This document shows positions 18,100-25,531 of a stretch of DNA of 64,000 bases, one piece after another; within the stretch, counting starts at the first letter, position 1, and every line of letters starts with the position of its first letter. The position numbers were made by a program, and so were the translations under genes. The stretch is from a virus, in the IMG/VR virus record IMGVR_UViG_3300045049_000339, positions 32,001 through 96,000 of that record; one strand, given 5' to 3'. The notes beneath the pieces were generated by a model that was given only the letters and a program-made list of their open reading frames with translations, did not search any database and had not been told where the DNA came from.

Positions 18100-18816
18100 A
18101 TGAGCGAGGGTACGAACAGCGCCACCGAGACCGTGGCGGACAAGCCGGTCGAGATCGACTACGAGGCGTTCGCCGAGGAGTACAAGAAGCGCTCCAAGGT
18201 GCTGGCCGAGGAGCGCGACGAGGCCAACCGTGCCGCCATGAGCGAGTACAGCAAGGTCCAGAGCGCTGCGGACGAGGAGCGCCGGAAGGCCCGCCAGGAG
18301 GCCGACCGGGTCTACAACGCCGCCGTCAACGGGGAGGCCGAGAAGCTCAAGGCGGCGGAGGAGGCGATCGACGCCGCCCACAAGGAGAAGCACAAGGCGC
18401 TCCTGGCGGAGCTGCTGGGCGGTGCCGCCTCCCCGGCGTCGATGGTGATGGCCTGGACCGTGTCCAAGGGCCACTACCGCAACTACCGGTACGACTACAT
18501 CGAGCCGATCGTCGAGTACCTGCGGGCGACCCCCGAGGCGACCCTGGCCGACCTGGTCAAGTTCGGCCGTGTGACGCGCCGCTGGTGCACGGACTACACC
18601 AACTACATCGAGAAGGCCCTGCGCGACGGCGTCAACATCACGGGCGCCTCCGAGCAGGAGATCGCGGCCTTCCGGGCGATCCGTGCCGCTGAGCTGTCCG
18701 AGTCCTACGGGACGCGGCGCTCCAACATCGTCAAGGGCCTCAAGAACCTGCTGGAGGTGACCGGCGTGGGCACCGCGATGCTGGACGCCTTCCCCAAGGA
18801 CTTGATCGAGTCCTGA
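18100..18816 (+). CDS. hypothetical protein, N-terminal coiled coil
   Basis: AGGA RBS, very high GC3. Confidence 0.8.
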   Translation: MSEGTNSATETVADKPVEIDYEAFAEEYKKRSKVLAEERDEANRAAMSEYSKVQSAADEERRKARQEADRVYNAAVNGEAEKLKAAEEAIDAAHKEKHKALLAELLGGAASPASMVMAWTVSKGHYRNYRYDYIEPIVEYLRATPEATLADLVKFGRVTRRWCTDYTNYIEKALRDGVNITGASEQEIAAFRAIRAAELSESYGTRRSNIVKGLKNLLEVTGVGTAMLDAFPKDLIES

Positions 18817-18886
18817 CGCAAGACACCGGACCGGCGTCTGGGGGCGCCGGTCCGGCACGCAGTATGATACTGTGGGATCAACACGT

Positions 18887-18960
18887 AGCAGCGTGGAGCA
18901 GCTCGGTAGCTCGCTAGGCTCATAACCTAGAAGTCGCAGGTTCAAATCCTGTCGCTGCCA
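18887..18960 (+). tRNA. tRNA-Met(CAT), initiator-like
   Basis: TGGAGCAGCTCGGTAGCTCG D arm typical of fMet, loop CTCATAA, unpaired 1:72 (A:C). Confidence 0.88.
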
Positions 18961-19010
18961 CTAAGGTCCCGTACTTGCCGCCAAAGCGAGACGGGACCTT
19001 TGTTTTACCC

Positions 19011-19039
19011 TTGACACACCATGCACTATCCACTAGGCT
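19011..19039 (+). promoter_or_regulatory. sigma70/HrdB-type promoter
   Basis: TTGACA-N17-TAGGCT. Confidence 0.75.
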
Positions 19040-19070
19040 GGCACATAGGAATAAGGAAAGGATTGCTGCC

Positions 19071-19649
19071 ATGAGCGGGGCAGAGATCGTCTCCCTGGGG
19101 GAGACCCGTCGTAGAAAGAACCCCTTCGCGGGACTGGGCCGTCATCGTCGCACGCCCGAAGCGTGGGCGCAGATGGTGCTCGACAACCAGATCCTGGAGG
19201 CCCGTGCCAGGCGGGCCGAGGAGGCGCTGGAGCGCTCCAACAACCGCATCGAGGAGCTGGACACGGTCATCAGCCTCATGCGTGAGGACATGACCTCCCT
19301 GCGTGCCGAGGTGAAGCAGGTGCGCGCCCTCATGGCCGCCGCGCCGGACCAGGAGAAGGTCACCATCCTGCCGCCTCCCTCGGACCCCGAGGAGACGCAG
19401 CCGATCTCCCAGGCGGAGCTGTTCGCCGACAAGGACCCGATGGCCGCGATGCGGCCGAAGATCCGCGTGGGCACCATCAACGGCCCGGCCACCCCCAGTG
19501 CCCCGTCCGCCGCGACGCAGCTCATCTCCCGGATCACGGCGCCCCCGCCGGACTCGGAGATGGTCAAGCACGTCGCCGTGACGCAGCCGATCCCCCTGTT
19601 CGACTCACCGATGGCGCGCGGCGCGCGGGTGCAGCGCAACACCGCCTGA
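19071..19649 (+). CDS. hypothetical coiled-coil protein
   Basis: AAGGA RBS before ATG 19071, high GC3. Confidence 0.7.
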   Translation: MSGAEIVSLGETRRRKNPFAGLGRHRRTPEAWAQMVLDNQILEARARRAEEALERSNNRIEELDTVISLMREDMTSLRAEVKQVRALMAAAPDQEKVTILPPPSDPEETQPISQAELFADKDPMAAMRPKIRVGTINGPATPSAPSAATQLISRITAPPPDSEMVKHVAVTQPIPLFDSPMARGARVQRNTA

Positions 19650-19682
19650 CCTGCGCAGATGTGATACCATAGAGGAAGGCAG

Positions 19683-20144
19683 GTGCGGAAAATGAACGAT
19701 CTGATCAACGCCTACTACTTCGACTTCCAGGGCACTCTCGTTGACGTGCGCGGAATCCGTCACCTCTTGGAGACCACCCCCAAGCGGTACGACTCGTTCC
19801 ACTACGCCACGGCAAGCTGCCCGCCGATCTCGTGGGTGGCGTCCGAGGCCCGCAGGGCGCATGAAGAGGGCTTCGCGGTGCTCCTGGGCACCGGTATGAC
19901 CGAGCGCTTCCGGCCCCTGGTGAACTTCTGGCTGGCCAGCCACGAGGTGCATGTGGACGACCTCCAGATGCGCCCCGACGATGACTTCTGCAAGGACTTC
20001 ATCCTGAAGAACCGCATGCTGAGGCGGTGGCAGAACACTCACCGCTTCGTTCACGCGTACGACGACAACCCGGCCGTGATCGAGCACGTCTGGGCAGCAG
20101 CGAATATCCCGCACACGACCGTGCCGGGATGGGGAGAAGGATAG
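19683..20144 (+). CDS. HAD phosphatase resembling the T4 Pnk 3'-phosphatase domain (variant active site)
   Basis: FDFQGTL (motif I), LQMRPDDD..KD...K, AYDDNPAVIE.W...IP..VPGW. Confidence 0.8.
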   Translation: MRKMNDLINAYYFDFQGTLVDVRGIRHLLETTPKRYDSFHYATASCPPISWVASEARRAHEEGFAVLLGTGMTERFRPLVNFWLASHEVHVDDLQMRPDDDFCKDFILKNRMLRRWQNTHRFVHAYDDNPAVIEHVWAAANIPHTTVPGWGEG

Positions 20145-20146
20145 AT

Positions 20147-20371
20147 ATGACTGACCTGGGCACCGCCGACCGTGACTATGTCTGCGGACCCGACTGCAAG
20201 GCCCTCCGTGCGGTGAAAACCGCCCCGGTGACGGAGGAGAACGAGGAGAGCAAGGCGCCCTGGTGGGAGATGGCTCTGGTCATCATCCTGGGTACCGTCG
20301 TCGTGGCCTTCGCCACGGTCGGTGCTCTGGACGTCGGCATTCGTGCGGCGCTCGACTACTGGCACTTCTGA
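20147..20371 (+). CDS. small membrane protein
   Basis: AAGGA RBS; hydrophobic stretch ALVIILGTVVVAFATV. Confidence 0.6.
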   Translation: MTDLGTADRDYVCGPDCKALRAVKTAPVTEENEESKAPWWEMALVIILGTVVVAFATVGALDVGIRAALDYWHF

Positions 20372-20423
20372 CGAGGTTGTGCTAGTCTAGGAACACGAGG
20401 AAAGAGGAAAGGAAGTCGACGCA

Positions 20424-20726
20424 ATGTCGAAGATCACCAACGGCGACGTTGGCAAAGAGGCTGCCGTGCGGGGTATCAGCCTCGAAGGGCACCGGTTCGA
20501 GGGTTACGGCGAAGTCCAGGGCGTGCGCAGCGACATGTTCGGTGACATCGTCGAGGTCAAGGTCAACGGTCAGGTCCAGCACTTCCGGCAGAACAACGTC
20601 GCCAGAGTCCGTGAGGACTCCGCCCCGAGCGGCGTGACCGGCGGCCAGCCCGGCGGGTGTGCGGTCATCCCGATGCTGCTGGTTGCTGCCGGTGCGGTCG
20701 GCGCCAAGTACGGCGTCGGTACGTAG
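20424..20726 (+). CDS. hypothetical protein with C-terminal hydrophobic tail
   Basis: AAGGAAG RBS; GGCAVIPMLLVAAG tail. Confidence 0.7.
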   Translation: MSKITNGDVGKEAAVRGISLEGHRFEGYGEVQGVRSDMFGDIVEVKVNGQVQHFRQNNVARVREDSAPSGVTGGQPGGCAVIPMLLVAAGAVGAKYGVGT

Positions 20727-20776
20727 CTCAACTTGCTGGGCTACTCCGCTTCGGTGGAGTAGCCTGGCATCTCCGA

Positions 20777-20854
20777 GGCACGGGCGCTGAGACGCAAGGC
20801 GGTCTGTAAAATCGCCGTCGAAAGACTAGCTGGGTTTGATTCCCTGACGTGCCA
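20777..20854 (+). tRNA. tRNA-Tyr(GTA), degenerate (short D arm, TTTGATT T loop)
   Basis: GGCACG/CGTGCC-A, anticodon arm GCGGT-CTGTAAA-ATCGC, variable arm GTC-GAAA-GAC. Confidence 0.6.
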
Positions 20855-20857
20855 CGA

Positions 20858-20931
20858 GTGGTCAGGTACACAGGCACTACTAAGAGGCGTGTCGCTGTCT
20901 GTTTCGGAACGGCATTGATCGCCTGACCACC
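20858..20931 (+). ncRNA. structured RNA motif, copy A (three-way junction)
   Basis: Closing stem GTGGTCAGG/CCTGACCAC; shares junction and loop sequences with 22350-22432. Confidence 0.5.
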
Positions 20932-21043
20932 ATTGACAACTCCATACCCCTCGACCCCCGTTCTCCCACCGTCGTGCAGGAATCGCTCCCCCCACGACGG
21001 GACGCAACGGCCGCCGCACCGGCCGAAGGTAGAGAACGGGCAC

Positions 21044-21138
21044 GGTTCCACCCTTGCTCCTGCGCGGTCCTCGCAGCGCGCAGTGACTTGAGGGAGTCTC
21101 CAGGTGACCTAGCACCGGGATGTAGCAAGGGTGGAACC
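21044..21138 (+). ncRNA. multi-branched structured RNA
   Basis: Perfect 15-bp closing stem GGTTCCACCCTTGCT/AGCAAGGGTGGAACC enclosing three hairpins. Confidence 0.5.
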
Positions 21139-21140
21139 AC

Positions 21141-21213
21141 GGATCTGTAGCTCAGTTGGTAGAGCAGCCGACTTTTAATCGGCGGGTCGCCGGTTCAAGC
21201 CCGGCCGGGTCCA
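21141..21213 (+). tRNA. tRNA-Lys(TTT)
   Basis: Canonical cloverleaf, loop CTTTTAA. Confidence 0.92.
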
Positions 21214-21306
21214 CGCGCCGGTGCCTCTGGCACCAGGAAGAGCGGTTGCCCACCGTGCGCAAAGGGTAGCTCCTTCACCGTCCCCCATGCCGGTGGAGGA
21301 GCACAA

Positions 21307-21379
21307 GGGGCCTTAGCTCAGACGGAAGAGCGTGCGCCTGAAAAGCGCGAGGTCGTTGGTTCGACTCCAACAGGTCCCA
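21307..21379 (+). tRNA. tRNA-Phe(GAA)
   Basis: Canonical cloverleaf, loop CTGAAAA. Confidence 0.92.
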
Positions 21380-21453
21380 CGGTGTTCCCGGTCGTTCCCA
21401 AGGCCGCCGGGAACCCCTGCCTTCGACGGAACTCCAGGACCGGAGAAGGTGGA

Positions 21454-21527
21454 CGGCGCGTAGCTCAGCCTGGTAGAGCACTGGTCTGATAAACCAGCGG
21501 TCGATGGTTCAAATCCATCCGCGTCGA
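21454..21527 (+). tRNA. tRNA-Ile(GAT)
   Basis: Canonical cloverleaf, loop CTGATAA. Confidence 0.92.
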
Positions 21528-21528
21528 C

Positions 21529-21557
21529 TAGACAGACACTCCCAAGTCTGCTACAGT
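21529..21557 (+). promoter_or_regulatory. sigma70/HrdB-type promoter
   Basis: TAGACA-N17-TACAGT directly upstream of the 21584 gene. Confidence 0.65.
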
Positions 21558-21583
21558 AAGTAGCAGTTGAGGAAAGAGGAAGC

Positions 21584-22336
21584 ATGAAGCTCCACCAGCT
21601 CATTGCGAAGCAGGGCAAGGTCGCCGCACGCGTGACCAACGCCGCCAGCGTCATCCACAAGGCGTCGCAGAAGCCCGCTCTGTTCACGGGCGTCAGCATC
21701 ACCTACGAGCCGCTGGCCACCAACGAGAACGACGTCTCCGCGCAGAAGCCGCCGGAGGGCAACTCCGTCCAGCTCTACGCGACCAAGGAGCTGGGCAAGC
21801 TCCGCGAGCTGCTCACCGAGTTGTACGACGTCAACGCGACGCGCGACTGGTCGAACATGGTCGCCCGTGGCACCGTCAAGGTCGGTGACAAGGTCATCCT
21901 CTCGGACGTGCCGGTCCCGTTCCTGCTGTTCCTCAAGCTGGAGCTGAACCGCCTCCGCACCGAGTTCTCCGCCATCCCGGTCCTGGACCCCTCCAAGGAC
22001 TGGAAGGTGGACACGGAGAACGGCGGCTACAAGACCGAGACCACCTGGCAGCACAGCACCCGGCGCGTCAAGAAGGTGCTGGAGCGCTCCCCGGCCACGG
22101 ACAAGCACCAGGCCGTGACGGAGGTCTACGAGGAGGAAGTGCCGGTCGCGAGGAAGGAGACCACCAACTTCTCCGGCGCCCTGAGCCGCGTGGACCGCGA
22201 TGCCCTGATCCGCCAGGTCGACCTGCTCTTCGACGCCGTCACCGAGGCGGTCGAGGAGGCCAACACGGTCGAGGTCGTGGACATGTCCGTCGGCAAGCCC
22301 ATCTTCGACTTCCTTCTGGCCCCGCTGACCCGCTAG
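21584..22336 (+). CDS. uncharacterised conserved protein (widespread actinobacterial family, possibly DUF7873)
   Basis: GAGGA RBS; KLHQLIA, QKPALFTG, DVNATRDWSN, DVPVPFLLFL, PVLDP, ATDKH, FSGAL and EEAN motifs recalled from a conserved Streptomyces family (family name needs confirmation). Confidence 0.85.
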   Translation: MKLHQLIAKQGKVAARVTNAASVIHKASQKPALFTGVSITYEPLATNENDVSAQKPPEGNSVQLYATKELGKLRELLTELYDVNATRDWSNMVARGTVKVGDKVILSDVPVPFLLFLKLELNRLRTEFSAIPVLDPSKDWKVDTENGGYKTETTWQHSTRRVKKVLERSPATDKHQAVTEVYEEEVPVARKETTNFSGALSRVDRDALIRQVDLLFDAVTEAVEEANTVEVVDMSVGKPIFDFLLAPLTR

Positions 22337-22349
22337 GGTCTCAAGAACT

Positions 22350-22432
22350 GGTGCTCCGGGTGCACGGGTCCTAGTAAGACGGATCGGCCCTTGTTTGTCC
22401 AGCGGTGGGGTTCACTGACCGCCTGGAGCACC
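22350..22432 (+). ncRNA. structured RNA motif, copy B (three-way junction)
   Basis: Closing stem GGTGCTCCGGG/CCTGGAGCACC; conserved TRCAC, TASTAAGA and AYTGAYCG with copy A. Confidence 0.5.
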
Positions 22433-22469
22433 TCCACAGACTCCCGGTTGAGCGACCGGGTCTGCACCC

Positions 22470-22712
22470 GCAGGGTGCGGAAAGCTAACAACTGAATATC
22501 AACATCAGCCGCCGTCGCAACGGTGGCATCAAGCTGAAGCTCTCGCTCAAGCTGAAGCGTCTCGGCAAGGCGTTGATCGAAGTGCGCTGTCCCATCAGGA
22601 GACGTCGGTTCGAATCCGACTCAGGGGACTACGATCCCTGGTGGTGTAGTGGAAGCATTGCCTGGTTTCTCAAATCAAGGCAGCGCCCACCGTGCAACGT
22701 CAGACCGCAGAA
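22470..22712 (+). ncRNA. putative ncRNA with hexamer-repeat tract and circularly permuted tRNA-like domain
   Basis: Phased hexamers at 22490-22554; T arm GTCGG-TTCGAAT-CCGAC, looped acceptor CAGGGGA-CTACGA-TCCCTG, then D arm GTGT-AGTGGAA-GCAT, closed by GCGCTGTC/GGCAGCGC (22584-22686). Ends are approximate. Confidence 0.75.
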
Positions 22713-22716
22713 TGAC

Positions 22717-22790
22717 ATTGGAATAGCGCAGCTTGGCAGCGCGTCAGTCTCTGGTACTGAAGATCGTCGGTTCAAATCCGACTTCCAAAA
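22717..22790 (+). tRNA. tRNA-Gln(CTG)
   Basis: Anticodon arm TCAGT-CTCTGGT-ACTGA, T loop TTCAAAT, acceptor (A)TTGGAA/TTCCAA(A); Pro-like D arm. Confidence 0.8.
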
Positions 22791-22834
22791 ACATTCTATG
22801 GGTGGTCCCCGGAGGTTACCGGGGGCCACCTCCC

Positions 22835-22908
22835 GGTTGCGTAGCTCAGATGGATAGAGCGCCCGCCTTCTAAGCGGGAGGTCGCAGGTTCAAGTCCTGC
22901 CGCTTCCA
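22835..22908 (+). tRNA. tRNA-Arg(TCT) with two U:U mismatches in the acceptor stem
   Basis: Loop CTTCTAA, canonical D and T arms; acceptor GGTTGCG/CGCTTCC. Confidence 0.8.
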
Positions 22909-22935
22909 CGCAAGACATCCTACTAGGAGAAGATC

Positions 22936-23037
22936 ATGTTGAAGAAGTTCATCGTCGCCCTGCGTACCGTTTGTGGGTACTGTGGCTACAACACCAGCTC
23001 CTCGACCTGCCCGAACTGCGGCAACCCGGTCGGCTGA
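22936..23037 (+). CDS. 33-aa zinc-ribbon micro-protein (not in the ORF track)
   Basis: AGGAGA RBS; MLKKFIVALRTVCGYCGYNTSSSTCPNCGNPVG with two CxxC pairs. Confidence 0.7.
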   Translation: MLKKFIVALRTVCGYCGYNTSSSTCPNCGNPVG

Positions 23038-23204
23038 TCACAGATGAACACCGCTGGTATAGCCTACGCGAAGATCGTTCTGTACAGGGCGGATGGAGGC
23101 GGAAACGGAGACGTCGTCGTCTGGTGTATCAAACACAGCGGGCCGAAAACTCAGTGCGGCTGCCCGTGATAGGCTGAAGCCGGTTCTTACACCGTGCAGG
23201 GCAT

Positions 23205-23244
23205 CACGAAGACCCCGTCAGCATTGCTGACGGGGTTTTTCGTG
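23205..23244. terminator. intrinsic terminator
   Basis: CACGAAGACCCCGTCAGCA-T-TGCTGACGGGGTTTTTCGTG hairpin with T tract. Confidence 0.8.
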
Positions 23245-23256
23245 CTAGTATTCAGT

Positions 23257-23592
23257 ATGAGTACGAACGAGGAACTTGAGCGGGACGTGGCATGGCTGGA
23301 GACCTGGGTCGAGCAGCACCCGGAGACCCGCGCGGCCAAGCGCATCGAGGCCGTCCTGACCGCCATCAAGGCCGCCACGGACGACGCTCTGCCGGTCGAG
23401 GAGGGCGTCCCGGTCAAGGACACCGCCGCGAAGTACAAGCACCTCGCAGACCTCGTCCAGAGCTGGATTCCGGCCGGGTCCATCTGGGAGAAGCAGCACA
23501 ACACCGAAGAGCTGGTTGCCAATTACATCTGGCACCTGTACCACAGTCACACCCTCGGATGCCCGGAGTGTTTTGGTGGACGAACCAACTGA
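23257..23592 (+). CDS. hypothetical protein (possibly leaderless)
   Basis: High GC3; TGCTAGTATT -10-like element just before the ATG. Confidence 0.7.
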   Translation: MSTNEELERDVAWLETWVEQHPETRAAKRIEAVLTAIKAATDDALPVEEGVPVKDTAAKYKHLADLVQSWIPAGSIWEKQHNTEELVANYIWHLYHSHTLGCPECFGGRTN

Positions 23593-23974
23593 CGCCTACG
23601 CCTTCGATGAGCTGGACGCCTACAAGCTCCGCGTCAAACAGCTCAAGGGTTCTCTGTCGCGCTGGCTGCTGCGTTCCATCACCTTCCGCCTGCGGCCGGT
23701 CTTCCCGACGGCCACGCGCGTTCACGTGGTGCTCTACCCGGACAACGTCTACCGCATCTGGGCCGTGAGCGAGGGCAAGCGATGGCTGGCCGTCTGCGAG
23801 AAGGACGTCGCGCCGACGTGGACGTCCATCAATCTGGACAATGACGTGAACCTGTTGATCCATCTGGGATGGAGCCCCAGGATCAATACCTACACACGCG
23901 AAGACGGAATCGAGGTGCATTCCGTGCAGCTCGAAGCCGCAGCCACCAGGAGAAAGAGGCAGAACAATGGATGA
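23576..23974 (+). CDS. hypothetical protein
   Basis: GGAG RBS before GTG 23576; overlaps both neighbours. Confidence 0.6.
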   Translation: MDEPTDAYAFDELDAYKLRVKQLKGSLSRWLLRSITFRLRPVFPTATRVHVVLYPDNVYRIWAVSEGKRWLAVCEKDVAPTWTSINLDNDVNLLIHLGWSPRINTYTREDGIEVHSVQLEAAATRRKRQNNG

Positions 23975-24194
23975 CCTCAAGCCGGTCACCTGGATGAAGT
24001 TGAAGCACCGTCAGCTCAAGACGGTCGGCCGCAACAAGACGAATGGCGGTTCGTCCACCAAGCGCGTGAAGCGTTCCGCCAGCATCAAGCACGAGCAGCC
24101 GGTCACCGGCATGGAGCGTGTGATGGTGCTCGACTTCAAGGACGGCCGCAAGGGCAAGATTTCCTGGCAGGTTCGGGAGAAAAGCGGTAAGTAA
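23967..24194 (+). CDS. small basic protein
   Basis: GAGG RBS, high GC3. Confidence 0.65.
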   Translation: MDDLKPVTWMKLKHRQLKTVGRNKTNGGSSTKRVKRSASIKHEQPVTGMERVMVLDFKDGRKGKISWQVREKSGK

Positions 24195-24246
24195 ACGAAG
24201 TGCTTGACGCTTCACTTTTCCGACCCATTACATCTATATTGGGTTC

Positions 24247-24912
24247 GTGAACGATCGACCAGACCCAGGCGGGGTCCGGGCCAACCTGTTCCAGGCAACC
24301 CGGACCTCGTGGCGTTTGTCCGAGCATCTCGAATCCCTTATTACTGAGCGTGTTTCACCTCCCCCCGGCCCCAGCGGTGGTCACCGCAAGCCGGGCTCCA
24401 AGGCACCCTGGAATTCAGCCGCCGCAGAACTCGTCTTCGATCTCCGCTTCCTGGCACGGCAACTCGAAGAAGACCTGCGTGTACGTGTGACTGGCGGCCA
24501 CATTCAGCGCGGCATTAGTGACCGCAATACCCAGCTCTCGTTGTGGGCGCTGGCCGACCTCGCCGTCATGGCGGCCGATTCCGACGTGGCCGTCACCCTC
24601 GTGCGCCTCGGTGGCTGGCTGGAGCGTGCACGCCCCGTCGTCGGCGAGACCGAGCCCCTGCGCCGCGTGCCACGCGTGCAGGGCTACGTGGAGCCTCGCT
24701 GCCCGTGGTGCGGCTACTGCACTCTGCGCTGCAAGCTCAACGCTGGAATCCTCTTCTGTATCAACCCTTCGTGCACCGACCACGAAGGCAGGCGCCCCCT
24801 CGGTGTCATCGAGGTGGACATGGCTCTCCGTGACGTCGTACTCCGCTGGCAGGACGACACCTACGGAATCCCTCAGCACACGATTGAAGCCGTCTATGCG
24901 GGGGCAGCATGA
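24247..24912 (+). CDS. conserved actinophage protein with Zn ribbon (putative late regulator)
   Basis: KPGSKAPWN, CPWCGYCTL, CINPSC motifs; coupled to a downstream HTH gene. Confidence 0.65.
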   Translation: MNDRPDPGGVRANLFQATRTSWRLSEHLESLITERVSPPPGPSGGHRKPGSKAPWNSAAAELVFDLRFLARQLEEDLRVRVTGGHIQRGISDRNTQLSLWALADLAVMAADSDVAVTLVRLGGWLERARPVVGETEPLRRVPRVQGYVEPRCPWCGYCTLRCKLNAGILFCINPSCTDHEGRRPLGVIEVDMALRDVVLRWQDDTYGIPQHTIEAVYAGAA

Positions 24913-25181
24913 GCCGTGGATGGACCTCGAAGGAACTGAAAGCCGTCGGTGACGACGACACGCTCTGGACAGCGGCGGAAGCCGCCGTGCTGCTGGGGCC
25001 ACCGGACCTGAATGTCGCAGAGGTCCGGCGCCTTGTCAGCCTGTTCGGCATCGACCCGGTCGGCAAGCGCCGCACCGCCGGTCAGGGACAGCCCGGACGG
25101 GCCGCCCGCGTGTACCGCGCCTCTGATTTGATTGAGGCGTACGACAAACTCAGCAAGGGCGTAGGGAAGGGCAACCAGTGA
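24909..25181 (+). CDS. helix-turn-helix DNA-binding protein
   Basis: WTAAEAAVLLG...EVRRLV...RVYRASDL MerR/excisionase-like pattern. Confidence 0.7.
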   Translation: MSRGWTSKELKAVGDDDTLWTAAEAAVLLGPPDLNVAEVRRLVSLFGIDPVGKRRTAGQGQPGRAARVYRASDLIEAYDKLSKGVGKGNQ

Positions 25182-25531
25182 AACCGACCATTGGCCGGGT
25201 CGTGCACTACCGCAGTCACGGCAGTGCGGACGGCACGTACAAGCCGGAGTGCCGCGCGGCCATCATCACGGCCGTCAAGGGCCACCACGAAGAGCACGAC
25301 CGCCGCATCTGGGTCGTCGACCTCACCGTGTTCAACCCCGAGGGGTTCTTCCTCAAGGACAACGCGCGCCAGGACGAGGGGCACGAGACGCCGGGAGATC
25401 CGGACTGCGAGTACGACGGGCGCCACGACGAGCAGCCGTTCCGGTACTGCGCCTGCGGCTGGCGTGAGGCCGCCATGCACGGAGGGACTTGGCACTGGGT
25501 TGAACGCGAACCCGAAACCGGAGACGAGTAG
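25178..25531 (+). CDS. conserved phage hypothetical protein
   Basis: KPTIGRVVHYRS...RAAIITAV...DLTVFNPEG...GTWHW, a family common in phages. Confidence 0.75.
   Translation: MKPTIGRVVHYRSHGSADGTYKPECRAAIITAVKGHHEEHDRRIWVVDLTVFNPEGFFLKDNARQDEGHETPGDPDCEYDGRHDEQPFRYCACGWREAAMHGGTWHWVEREPETGDE

Noticed and set aside
22584-22686. Conventional tRNA gene or tmRNA
   Set aside because: The arms are in T-acceptor-D order with a sealed acceptor loop. No tag reading frame or tmRNA terminal consensus is visible.
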